Origin: Octopus bimaculoides
Taxonomy: Eukaryota
DNA length: 35,049 bases
Direction of reading: 5' to 3'
Assembly: GCF_001194135.2 (NCBI RefSeq)
Contig: NC_068982.1
Span: forward strand, 140,338,498 to 140,373,546
Shown: one piece after another, positions 1-10,894 of the stretch
Position numbering within the stretch: the stretch's first letter is position 1
Layout of the letters: each line of letters starts with the position of its first letter
The notes under the pieces: generated by a model
Database searches by the model: none
What the model was told of the DNA's origin: nothing
What the model saw: only the letters and a program-made list of their open reading frames with translations
Made by a program: the position numbers and the translations under genes

Positions 1-1832
1 GGTCATTTCTGCTGACGATAGTCCGACCTTGTAAGATATAATCTTTATCTTACTAAAATTGACTTGAAACCATGGTACAGAATATAGATTGGTAAAAGTT
101 TTTATTTTTCATTTCCTTTCGAAATTATCCCTAACTTTTGTGGTATGTAGTCTTTTGTTGCTATTTCTAGCGAGTAGATGTCCTATTATAGGCATCTCTG
201 CATTTTAAATGAATAATACATAGTCTATTGACTGTTTTTTTACTCTCGCTAGACCACTGGTGGTAAATCAAATTTCTAAATTTTTTTTGCTACCCTATAA
301 TTTATTATTATATATATATATATATAATTGATTACAGAACAAACAACATATTCGGGCCAACGACTTCATAAAACCCCACGCTTCTATACATTTCATGAAA
401 TACAAATATCATAGCCTTCAACATATAAAATAAATACATATACAAGCACGAAAGGTAAAGAATATACATGCACATATAAAAATACAAAATATAAAGAAAG
501 GCCTGTCAAGGAAATGTACAAATCGACTGAAATAGGTAATCAAAAATGAATAAATTAAGACCTACCAATGAACCCAAAAATGTTTCTACCGCTCGATTAA
601 ATATATATTAAAATAGTTCGTTTTAAAAATGAAGTAATCCATGGTAGGTCTGGAATCCAAGGGGCGTAAGAGTGTTCCAAAAAAAAAAAGGCTAGGTCAA
701 AATTTACATCTACGGCCATTTCAGGAGTTTACTGCCGCCGTCCGATTGCTAGTTAAAGCGCATCTTGGCAATGAACCCCTCATCAGAATGAACAGAACCT
801 TCTAAGAATATCAGAATCGTGTAGTGCACTATGAGATGCGCTTTAACATGCAATCGGAAGTAGTTGATTCGGTTTTTCTACTGACATCTATATAATATTA
901 TATCTAGATGGAAACTTTATGTTCAAAACTGCAACAAGATATACGTGCGTGTGTGTATTAGGGAAGGTATTTTGTTGGTGTATATGTGTAAATTTCGCTA
1001 GCACTTTCATTTCGGAAGGTAGTCCTATTCTTAAATTCAAATACCTAGTCTAAAAAGAGAGTCCGTTTTGTTCACATGTTTATTAGTTTTGGGCTCTGAT
1101 CTGGCTTTCATATTTGAAGTGACGTATCATTTATAGAAATGAAGAACAAAAATAAAAACACCGACCTCAATTTGCTTTTTCTCTGCGTTTTAGATGCATA
1201 TTCTTACTGTTTTATGCTCACACAAATTTTACCATTTGTGGGTTGTATGTTTCTTCTTTATATCTATATCCATGCTTTATAACTTTGTTCTTATTTTACG
1301 TTTTGGGTTTGCATTCGAAATCTATTCTTATGTTATATGTCGTCTGCTATATACTTCTTCTTAAATTAGCTTGCCTCGTGGCATCGATACTTCCAGCTAG
1401 ACCAGAATTATTTCATTCCTTAGCTATACGTATTTTGTGAATGACTAGTACTATAGGTAGCTATTAATATGGAAACATATTTAGTTTGGGCAAAATGTAT
1501 TATTTTTTTGTTATATGTGCTTTGCGTGACATAAAAAATAAAATCAGGCCATAAATTTAGATTATCCTCTAGTGTTTCTGGTAACACTACGCTATTTTCA
1601 AGTGATGCGCTATTTTATATGTAAACATTTCCATACATAATCCGCATAATGTTCTTCTGCTTTGACCTTCAACCAACAAATACATTTTCATTTGTATTAT
1701 TCGATTTATTTAAATATGGCCTAGACGTTCGTTAGTAATAATATCTGTGATTGCCACTAAGCCTTTCAGAACGCACTCCTCCTCCACCACACACACCCAT
1801 CCGCACAATAAGATATACATACATCTATATCT

Positions 1833-2140
1833 ATGATGATAATGATTATGATGATGATGATAAGGAGGAGGATGGCATTTTCGGTGTCCAAAGTTCATGA
1901 GGATGCGCAGCATACAAACCAAACCTTGAAGGACAAGTTCAAGCGCACATGGTGCAATATGTAGGCTTTGGTCAGATAAGGGGGATCTTGACGCTCACTT
2001 CCTTCTTCGATGTTTCTCATACGACGTTGCTCTGGTTTTCGCCAGATTGCTTGCAATAATCTGGAGGCAATCTTGCTACACCTTCCTCCATGTTACGACT
2101 CCTTCTCACTCTGATATATGGTCAATGTTAAGTACTCATC
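1833..2140 (-). mobile_element. Degraded 3' end of an RTE-type LINE with (CAT)n tail
   Basis: Minus-strand translation gives WRKV*..YEKHRRRK*A and YCTMCA*TCPSRFGLYAAH, matching the RTE ORF2 C-terminus pattern (WR..EKRRRRK..CxxCxRxCxSRxGLxSH); followed by an (ATG)n microsatellite at 1833-1862 on +. Confidence 0.7.
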
Positions 2141-2713
2141 ATTAAAAAGTTTGAGAATGTGTGTTTAGTAGCTTAAATACGAAGATATACAGCAGAATCT
2201 GTGATTTCTATTTGCTAAAATTTCAGTACAGACATATCTTCGTTCAGTTTACACGTGCGTGGGTATACTATCTTGGTATTACCTACCGTTTCTATCTGGG
2301 TGCAACAGAAAGCCATGTAGCAAGTAGAACATACGTTGTCAAAAAGATTTGATCGGATAGTTCAAAATGAATCTCGAAGATGTGGGTGCAAGAATTTCTG
2401 CTATCCCTCAATGGTTAACAAGTGTGAGCATCTTATATTCATAGCACGACCCTGGATCACATTTAGTCTCCAAATTAAGTATTGATAGTTGTGTTTTGCG
2501 TAGTAAAAACAACGAAAAGCCCCAGGCACTATGTCCTTCCTAAGAGATACATGTTATAATTATTGTGATAATCACTTTTAACAAGCTTACCATTTATGTA
2601 TCAGCTGTACCCTTTCCTGAAATAAATTGGGATTTCCTTTTCTAGCCCAGGAAAATTCGCGGTGTTTTTCATACTTCCATGCACTGACAAGTAATGTGTT
2701 TATTGGTTGCGCT

Positions 2714-3634
2714 CTATATTATACCGATGACGGTATCGCTAGCTCGTCCATGCATTTGATCTTTTCTTCTCAAGACTAACACTCCATGCTTTTTCAGTCC
2801 GCACTTCATTCTGATATCAGCACTGAAAGTATACACCGTATCAACGAGGGAACTGACTTGGGATTCATATTTACCATAAAGTGTGAGGTACTCCGTGAAT
2901 AACAAGAGGTTGACTTTTTGTTGGCAAATTTTGAATACACACACAACCTTTGCTTTCCTCAGAATCAGTGTTGGTGCTATCGTACACAGTGAAAATATCA
3001 TTGGGGACAGGTAGTCTGCTTGGATGATGTCTCCCCTGATTTCTATAATCCCTAAATTTCTTCAATATGCTGTCAGTTCCGTTCGCCACTTCGCCAAACT
3101 TTTTCCGAGCAGTCGCTCAACATTCGATGCAATACCAAATAGGTTCATACACTCCATGATCGTAGAATATGGGATCATATCGCACGCATTACGATAATCG
3201 ATCCATGACATGGTTATACTAATTTTCCTCCTCTTGCAGTCACTGAGTGCTGTTTTGTTTGTCAGGAGTTGATCCTTGGTACCTCTGCACTTACGCTTGC
3301 AACACTTCTCATGTGGCAGAACACCATTTTTTTGCAGGTGTCCGTCCATTGACTTTGCGACTGTTCCAGTAAATAGATTCCACATAATTGGCAAGCGGGA
3401 TATTGGTCTATAATTGTCTACCGTATTTCCTCGTTCGATGTTTTTGAAGCACAGTACTGTCCTACCGATTGTCAACCATTCTGGTGTGACTTGGTCGGCA
3501 TTTGACGAGGTGTTGAGTTGTGCAGCTTTTCGTGCATGACATTCACCAAATCTTTTGATCCAGTAGCCTTGAGCATAATCTTCCAGTTGCCCATTTAAAA
3601 AAAATTTTTCTTTTTTTTTGCTGATTTCCTTCAC
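2714..3634 (-). mobile_element. Degraded reverse transcriptase fragment of an R4/Dong-like RLE non-LTR retrotransposon
   Basis: ORF 3062-3634 has NYRPIS, RKCRGTKDQLL, WIDYRNACDMIPYS; continues through 2714-3060 as IRGDIIQADYLSPMIF..VNLLLFTEYLTLY..FSADIRMKCGLKK (decayed QGDSLSP and YMDD motifs); stops and substitutions present. Confidence 0.85.
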
Positions 3635-3639
3635 TTCCC

Positions 3640-3830
3640 CTAACTGAAATGACTATTAATATTGTACAGCATCTAACGCTGGAGTTGTAATACGAAGCGA
3701 GCTGTTCACTAGCAGTCGACGAACGTAACACCACTTATTTTTCATGCACCATCCGGAGCTTTCGAGCGGTTCCAAGCAGTGCTGTTTTCTGCAAGTGTTC
3801 CACCCTTATTGCGGCCCCTATTCTTATTTT
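3640..3830 (-). mobile_element. 3' terminus of an R4/Dong-like element
   Basis: Minus strand encodes IRVEHLQKTALLGTARKLRMV, the C-terminal motif of R4-clade ORFs, followed by a short UTR and AT-rich tail. Confidence 0.7.
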
Positions 3831-3959
3831 TATTATTCCTCTCTCTCTATTGGTGCTCTTTTTCCTTGTTCATTTCTTGTTTTCTGTTCTTCAACTAATT
3901 CTTCTGCAATCGTTGCGACTACTGCTGCCACTACTACCACCACCAATAGATTTACTGAT

Positions 3960-5000
3960 TTTCAGTTTTCTAACATTATGTTCCAAAGTAATTCGTCTTT
4001 TAATTAAGAGTCAACACAGTGTCCTTTATTCCCAAAATGTTCGGACTTAATCTGGTATTACGACTGTTGTATATTCCCTCGCCAGTTTATAGCAATGATG
4101 AATACTCTAGCTTCATGTTTAGTTTTGGTTTTTACATCAAAACGATTTACTTCTATTTTCTTTTCGATTCTTATTTCATCCCACTACACAGTTTATATCT
4201 CCTGGCTCTATTTTATATTTATTTCTTAATTGAAGAAATAAAACTCATTTTTGTTCATGCTTTGTAGCTGTAACCATGATTGTGTGCTGCTTTCTGTAGC
4301 TGAAACATTTTGTATTTTATACTAAACATATATACTGCATCCAAATCACTGTATTTGTGATAAATATAGTATTCCTGTATCAAATGTTAGGTTTTAAACG
4401 CTGTTATTACATTTGTTATTCTTCTGTTCTATTTTTTCTAATTCATTCGGCGTCAAATGGAGATTATAAACCCATTACTAAGACAAGTTCTGTCTCTGTA
4501 ATTGCTACCAATTTTTTTCTTGTAATATAGCTCTAATGAAAATAATAATCTGATGCTTCTATAGTACTTCATCATAAACGTTTATTTCATTTAGCACTAT
4601 TTTCCACTGCCTCATTCAAAGGTTTCTAAATATTTGTACGTCATGGTTTCGTCATTCATTAATATGACATTATATGCGCTAGTCAATTTCTATGCCCCGA
4701 TTCTTATCTCAAATCTTCTAGTACGTCCGTATACATTTTGTACATTTTTTTTTATTTTCTGCAGATTAGAAATCAAGCTCATCGTTTTTTAAGCAAAAAT
4801 GGGGATTTTTTCCTGTTTGGTTCCAAGCAATAAAATATTAATTATTCTTCAAACATGTCTATATTAATGAATATGAATATGCTATTAATTGTTCTGAATG
4901 AATAATAAATCAAGGAGCATTTCTTTCAACTTCATCAGGAGCTGAATTATTGAATAAAACTAGACATAAATATTATTCACTGAAATCACTGTTGTGTTGT
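3960..5000 (-). mobile_element. Older, heavily decayed R4/Dong-like fragment (post-RT to RLE region)
   Basis: Frameshifted minus-strand remnants DETMTYKYLETFE, YYRSIRLLFS, NELEKIEQK, WDEIRIEKKIEVNRFD resemble YKYLG, Y.RR.R.IL, ELE..DRK and WD..I..D..I..NRPD motifs; boundaries approximate. Confidence 0.5.
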
Positions 5001-5223
5001 TGGGTGATTATTGCTGTATTGTTCCATCACTTATTTGTTATTTAAAATTAATATGGATGCTTCGATTTCGATGACTGAAATAATTTTAAATTGTAGACAT
5101 GTGTATTCTATGGAATTTTATTTGACTTAAGGATACGTAAAAAAATTCCTCCAAAATACTTTGAGGTTAACTACTCTCAAGACTTACATTTGACGGATAT
5201 TTGTCCTCATCTTGTTTGCTAGT

Positions 5224-5269
5224 AACACAACGTTTCGGCTGATATACCCTCCAGTCTTTATCAGGTGTC
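5224..5269 (-). ncRNA. Second Penelope-type hammerhead motif (core G8A variant)
   Basis: Reverse complement reads GACAC-CTGATAA-A-GACTG-loop-CAGCC-GAA-ACGT-T-GTGTT. Confidence 0.5.
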
Positions 5270-5335
5270 TTCGGCAAATTTCCAACCTGGGTTCTCGTTC
5301 CTAAGGTATTTTTCGATATCATTATTATGCCCATG

Positions 5336-5405
5336 GGCATATGACATAGTGCTCAAGAGCACAGGCTACTAAACCCAAGTTTCTGAGTTCGATTCCAGGC
5401 AGTGA
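5336..5405 (+). promoter_or_regulatory. tRNA-derived head with decayed Pol III A and B boxes
   Basis: A-box-like TGACATAGTGC at 5342-5352 and B-box GAGTTCGATTCC at 5385-5396; does not fold as a full tRNA. Confidence 0.6.
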
Positions 5406-5485
5406 TCTGAAATAACAACAACAATAATATTAACAACATTGAAAAATACCTTAGGAATGAGAACCCAGGTTCAAAATTTTCCCAA

Positions 5486-5531
5486 GACACCCGATGAAGG
5501 CTGGAGGGTATATCAGCCGAAACGTTGTGTT
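5486..5531 (+). ncRNA. Penelope-type minimal hammerhead ribozyme motif (core U4C variant)
   Basis: GACAC-CCGATGA-A-GGCTG-loop-CAGCC-GAA-ACGT-T-GTGTT: stem I, near-consensus CUGANGA core, stem II, GAA, palindromic ACGT stem III. Confidence 0.55.
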
Positions 5532-8064
5532 AACAGCAAACAAGATGAGGACAAATACCCGTGAAATGTAAATGTACATGATTCCTCATCTCTTAAATAT
5601 AGAACTATCTCAAGAATTAGTTTGTTACTTGGTTTTTGATCGATCCACACACTAACATGTTCGACCATATAGATCGTATTGAAGCATTTACAAACATACA
5701 TACACACAGCACACACATGTATNNNNNNNNNNNNNNNNNNNNNNNNNNNNNNNNNNNNNNNNNNNNNNNNNNNNNNNNNNNNNNNNNNNNNNNNNNNNNN
5801 NNNNNNNNNNNNNNNNNNNNNTATATATATATATATATATATGCAAGTATGAATAGATGTACGAACGTAAATATACAAAGCTACATATATAACAGAAGAC
5901 TCGTTAATTTATAGTAGACTTATAAGAAGCAAACACGAAAGCTGCTCCGTAACGCTTAAATTATTAGAAATGGCAACCACAACTCCCTTAGATCAAACCA
6001 TACCACTTACCTAGGGAAATACACTGTCAGAACCATCCAGTACATTGATAATTGAAATTATAGAATCATATCATTACTTGATAAATGCAGTACAGCATAT
6101 AACTGAGTGCATTCAACAACAAAATATTTATGTCTTCTACTCAAACTTAAATTATTATGCATTAAGACGTTTTAAAGTGTTGCAAGCCGATGTGAGGTAT
6201 TGATCTAAATAGAATACAATAGAAAATAAAGTGATGACATAATGGTCAGTGCAACTAAAACAATGAGACATAATGTTTAAAGTGTGACTATAATAAAAGA
6301 AATGTCTGACAATGTCTTGGCGCAATACAAGCTTTTATAATGGAATTTTATGAATAATTATCTCAGACAGACTTCATAGAAGTGTTTCGAATTTTGCGAT
6401 CTAGGAAAAGAAAAGCAACAACAATGAATGGCATTATATAATGCATATAATTTTCATTCTCTCTATATGTCTCCTTATTAATTGAATTATGGCAAGAATA
6501 TTCGCAGATAAGAGTCTCACTGCTTTCATTCTTTGAAATATTTCACGTAGAAATACTTCGCATAATCCATAATCAGGAATACTGAGGCCAGAGACGATTG
6601 TAATGTAAAAGATATGCTCACATGAATAATCATACGTATTTTATGCCCGCGCATGTACAGTACAGTATGCGTCCGAGTGTATGTATGGGATTTACATTTA
6701 CGTGCCTATTAGAATGTCTGTGTACCGTAGGCAATAGTACTTGCATATATATATATATATATATATATGGTCATTGTTATTACACTTATATTGTATCTTT
6801 ATCATGATATTTGCATGATTTAAAGGCATTTTAAGTAGATACCAAGGCAAAGGTAACGAATAATAGAAAAGTACAAGCTTTCCGAAGTACCTATGAATGT
6901 ACCATTCGCTATTTTGTACACATCAAAGCACGAAATTCGTATTACCAAGTGACTAACGGGAGCAGAGCATTTCACGAACCCCGAATGAATGAACCCCAAC
7001 TATATTTACCGTAAGTCACTGCTACAACGATCGTACATTCGCACTGATGCTTATTGCGTTTTCTTTCTTACAAAACCCACAGCGTCATGTCTTTCAAAGT
7101 TATATATATANNNNNNNNNNNNNNNNNNNNNNNNNNNNNNNNNNNNNNNNNNNNNNNNNNNNNNNNNNNNNNNNNNNNNNNNNNNNNNNNNNNNNNNNNN
7201 NNNNNNNNNNNNNNNNNNNNNNNNNNNNNNNNNNNNNNNNNNNNNNNNNNNNNNNNNNNNNNNNNNNNNNNNNNNNNNNNNNNNNNNNNNNNNNNNNNNN
7301 NNNNNNNNNNNNNNNNNNNNNNNNNNNNNNNNNNNNNNNNNNNNNNNNNNNNNNNNNNNNNNNNNNNNNNNNNNNNNNNNNNNNNNNNNNNNNNNNNNNN
7401 NNNNNNNNNNNNNNNNNNNNNNNNNNNNNNNNNNNNNNNNNNNNNNNNNNNNNNNNNNNNNNNNNNNNNNNNNNNNNNNNNNNNNNNNNNNNNNNNNNNN
7501 NNNNNNNNNNNNNNNNNNNNNNNNNNNNNNNNNNNNNNNNNNNNNNNNNNNNNNNNNNNNNNNNNNNNNNNNNNNNNNNNNNNNNNNNNNNNNNNNNNNN
7601 NNNNNNNNNNNNNNNNNNNNNNNNNNNNNNNNNNNNNNNNNNNNNNNNNNNNNNNNNNNNNNNNNNNNNNNNNNNNNNNNNNNNNNNNNNNNNNNNNNNN
7701 NNNNNNNNNNNNNNNNNNNNNNNNNNNNNNNNNNNNNNNNNNNNNNNNNNNNNNNNNNNNNNNNNNNNNNNNNNNNNNNNNNNNNNNNNNNNNNNNNNNN
7801 NNNNNNNNNNNNNNNNNNNNNNNNNNNNNNNNNNNNNNNNNNNNNNNNNNNNNNNNNNNNNNNNNNNNNNNNNNNNNNNNNNNNNNNNNNNNNNNNNNNN
7901 NNNNNNNNNNNNNNNNNNNNNNNNNNNNNNNNNNNNNNNNNNNNNNNNNNNNNNNNNNNNNNNNNNNNNNNNNNNNNNNNNNNNNNNNNGACGAAGCTGT
8001 TGAAGTGGTCGCTGGAACTGCTGCTGCTGTCGTGTGGTACACGGAACAGTTCTCAAAGAGAAAC

Positions 8065-8243
8065 TGGACCGAGACAAATTGTGGGGTATGAGTTGATCTA
8101 TATATAGCGTTAAGAGGGCTCCCAGATGGCTTCAGAATTTTACTCTATCACGTGACCTTATTAGGGGCCGTGATTGGTCAGTTTGCGTTCTGGCGGGAAA
8201 GGTTCGAAGTAGTTGCCGATTCGAATAATAATCAGTCACGTGA
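8065..8243 (-). promoter_or_regulatory. Candidate Pol II promoter
   Basis: On minus strand in order: CACGTG E-box (GTCACGTGA on +, 8235-8243), TTTCCCGCCA E2F-type site (8191-8200), CCAAT box in GACCAATCA (8171-8179), GTCACGTGA (8148-8156), TATATATAG (8098-8106); CpG-containing, GC-richer than flanks. Confidence 0.5.
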
Positions 8244-8573
8244 TGACAAGGAATGGGTTCTCTACTACGCTCGCATTTATTTATATTTAAATGAGAAGAT
8301 TGTATGTAATGGCGATAGTAGTTTTGTATCTAGTGACGATAGGTAGTTTCACTACATATATATATATATATATATACACAGACATATACACAGGCATATA
8401 CACACACATACAGACACACACACACATATATATATATACATACACACACACACACAAAAAAGGGGAGATGGGGAGTGAGAACCAGAAAGCGTGAGACAGG
8501 ATCGAGCACACATCAAAGAATGCTTCAATGGAACAGTGTTTATTCTAAATAGCTACTGCATGTCATTTCCTTC

Positions 8574-8575
<2 letters not shown>

Positions 8576-8612
<37 letters not shown>
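8576..8612 (+). repeat. (TG)n microsatellite (one of many (TA)n/(CA)n tracts)
   Basis: Direct reading; similar tracts at about 8354-8456, 11910-11933, 12137-12188, 29299-29336, 31716-31762, 33735-33788. Confidence 0.97.
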
Positions 8613-8613
<1 letters not shown>

Positions 8614-9319
8614 ACGCACACGCACACACGTGTATGCATTTGTATACTTTTGTATATGTGTGTCTGTGTATTAAATAAAATCAGATGACTATCAGAAATT
8701 GAGGGAGAGAAAAATAATCCCATAAATGTAGAGCACAAATAAGCTTGCAGCGCATTTAAAATAAAAATCTAAGTTGATTCCTCCAAGAATCACTGTAAAT
8801 ACAAAACAAATATATTTGCAAAATAATGAAATACAAATTCTTCTCTGTTTTCTGAATAAATGAATTAATGATTTCCCGCAGTGTAATCGTAATTGTTTTA
8901 AAAAATTCCATTCTCTGGAAGAGTATCGTCGACGTAAGACAAATAAAAAATATATCGAATAAATTTAATGGATAAATGATTGAAGCAGTATAATAAAGAA
9001 AAAAGTTATCACACTGACATAGTTTCGTGGTGCCAAGTTGTTTAATGAACCATAAAATAAGAATAATCAAGAATATTTAAGAAATCCTAAACGTTATTGA
9101 TAAATCTATGCTACTGGGTGCCTCACTTATTACAAGTGGGTTGTTGAACACTTCCAGCCATGTATTAATTTTATGTCTTTCATATCAACAAATTCTATCT
9201 CAGCTATACAATTGCAGATCCGCCAACGCATCATTAAATCATGGAAAGAATTCAACAGCGTAGATTTCACTTGAAAAAAGAAAAAGAAAAAAAAAAGAAA
9301 TTACTATAATCCGATTTAA

Positions 9320-9533
9320 GTGGGCGAGCAGACAATCATTAGCATGTCGGGCAAAATGCCTTGCGGCGTTTCTTCCGTATTTACGCGCTTATTTCAAATT
9401 TCGCCGAGGTCGCCTATACTTTTCATTTTGTCCGAGTGGAGAAAATCAGTACTAGTTTAGCACTGGGGTCAACGTAATAGACTGCTCCTTCCCCTTAAAA
9501 TTGGAGGCCGTGTGCTAAAATTTGAAACTATTA
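9320..9533 (+). mobile_element. tRNA-derived SINE, family A (diverged copy)
   Basis: Similar to the other family A copies (GGCGAGC..TTAGC head, TTCAAATTTCGCCGAGGTCG, CACTGGGGTCAACGTAAT, GTGCTAAAATTTGAAAC tail). Confidence 0.7.
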
Positions 9534-9583
9534 TAAGTTGCGTTTTAATCCGGAAGCATCGATTTAATGTTATCTCAAAACAG

Positions 9584-9815
9584 AGCGGCGAGCTGGCAGA
9601 ATTTTTTAGCACGCTGGACGAAATACTTAGCGCTATTTCGTCTGCCGTTACGTTCTGAGTTCAAATTCTGCCGAGGTTGACTTTGCCTTTCATCATTCTG
9701 AGGTCGATTAAATAAGTACCAGTTACGAACTAGGGTCGATGTAATCGGCTAAACCCCTTTGTCTGCTCTTGTTTATCCCCTCTATGTTTAGCCTCCTGCA
9801 GGCAATTAAAAAAAA
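9584..9815 (+). mobile_element. tRNA-derived SINE, family A
   Basis: GGCGAGCTGGCAGA head, B-box GAGTTCAAATTC, CCGAGGTTGACTTTGCCTTTCATC, AAATAAGTACCAG, GGGTCGATGTAATCG, A-rich tail. Confidence 0.85.
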
Positions 9816-9929
9816 TGCTAAAAACTTATTAATCATTAGCCGAACGCAGTTTCCGGAGATTTCGCTTGAGATTTTCATGCACTTATAATTTACTACCGTT
9901 TTAGTATTTATTCTGCGTCAATTATACAA

Positions 9930-10110
9930 CTCATGTTTGTAAGATTGTGATTTCGATTACTGGACATGCTGACGTGTTGTGTTCGTGAGCAAAGCACTTC
10001 ATTCACCAGCTAGCAATGAGTAATCCTGCGACGGACCGGCGTCCCGTGCAGGTGGGTATATATACTCCATTGAAACTGGACCTCATGAGCGTGTCATGGC
10101 TCGAGATGGA
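9930..10110 (+). mobile_element. Diverged SINE of another family (D)
   Basis: Degenerate B-box TTTCGATTAC followed by GTGTTCGTGAGCAAAGCACTT and CCTGCGACGGACCGGCGTCCCGT, a SINE-type central domain; recognised from memory only. Confidence 0.5.
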
Positions 10111-10231
10111 AATATTCATTTAGTGATTTATTTATACAATAGAGTATGTTGATTGATACACATAATGAACTCACGTCCAACAGATAACTGCTGTTGTCAA
10201 ATTTCTCTTCAATATAGTCTTGGTAAAAGAA

Positions 10232-10398
10232 AAAATCTTTCAAATTCTAGCTCAAGGCCGGCAATTTACAACCGTCCCACTACGTGACTTGTACTTTTCA
10301 TTTAATGAAAGGCAAAGCTGAACTCAGAGCATAAAGATTCGAAAGAAATACTACTAAAGGGTTTTGCTTGATGCGCCAACGATTCTGCCAGCTCGACT
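10232..10398 (-). mobile_element. SINE family A, internally deleted
   Basis: Reverse complement of GAGCTGGCAGAATCGTTGGC head, CTGAGTTCAGCTTTGCCTTTCA and GGCCTTGAGCTAGAATTTGAAA tail. Confidence 0.65.
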
Positions 10399-10417
10399 CT
10401 TATTTATAAACTAAATA

Positions 10418-10894
10418 CAGTAACCCCTCGACTATCGCAGATGTTACGTTTCAAAATCTCCCGCGAAACGTGAAAATCAGGAAAGTAGAAACAGTACTGT
10501 ACTCTATATATTTTTATCACTTTTATTATTTATATATATTATTTTATTATTAACGCAAAACACTCAACTCCCGAATTTGGTTTTCCATAGAGTATGTGAA
10601 AATTCTTTGTTTACTCATCTGCGATACACTCCGTTTTTTCTTTTAATATATTTTAATTATTGTGTTATATGTTGCAGTACTGTACTCTATCTTTATTGAT
10701 TTATCAATTTTTAGGCACGAAAATGCTTATTTTACTACAGAAATAAAATCTTACAAATTATAGATACCTATCGGCCGCAGGAACCTGCGATATACAGAAG
10801 AGACCGTGATTTAAATTTACATACATTAGCCAGAAAAATCCGCGATGTTCTCAGTGCGTGATATGTGAACAGCGATATGGCGAGGGATTAATTG
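10418..10894. mobile_element. Tc1/mariner-superfamily (pogo/Tigger-like) MITE
   Basis: TA|CAGTAACCCCTCGACTATCGC at left, GCGATATGGCGAGGGATTAATTG|TA at right: imperfect approximately 22-bp TIRs with TA target duplication; no transposase. Confidence 0.75.

Larger units (their letters stand above)
5184..5571. mobile_element. Palindromic repeat: inverted Penelope-like terminal arms around a tRNA-derived segment
   Basis: Arms 5184-5316 and 5439-5571 are reverse complements with scattered mismatches; perfect 16-bp palindrome TATGCCCATGGGCATA at 5326-5341; tRNA-like segment 5336-5405. Confidence 0.8.

Noticed and set aside
1192-1440. Hydrophobic short ORFs after a pyrimidine-rich acceptor-like site
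   Set aside because: T-rich composition explains the hydrophobic translation; no recognisable domain or convincing donor.
5930-6050. Possible diverged SINE remnant
   Set aside because: Only vague resemblance to a remembered repeat; no second copy in the window and no clear A/B boxes.
6356-7088. Possible spliced mini-ORF on the minus strand (ATG 7086-7088, donor GTAAGA 7066-7071, strong acceptor AG 6401-6402) giving MTLWVLSQNSKHFYEVCLR
   Set aside because: Only 19 aa with no recognisable homology; such splice-like motifs are common in AT-rich DNA. Needs RNA-seq junction evidence.
9170-9270. IRQRIIKSWKEFN, faintly like a LINE post-RT motif
   Set aside because: Too short and degenerate to call.
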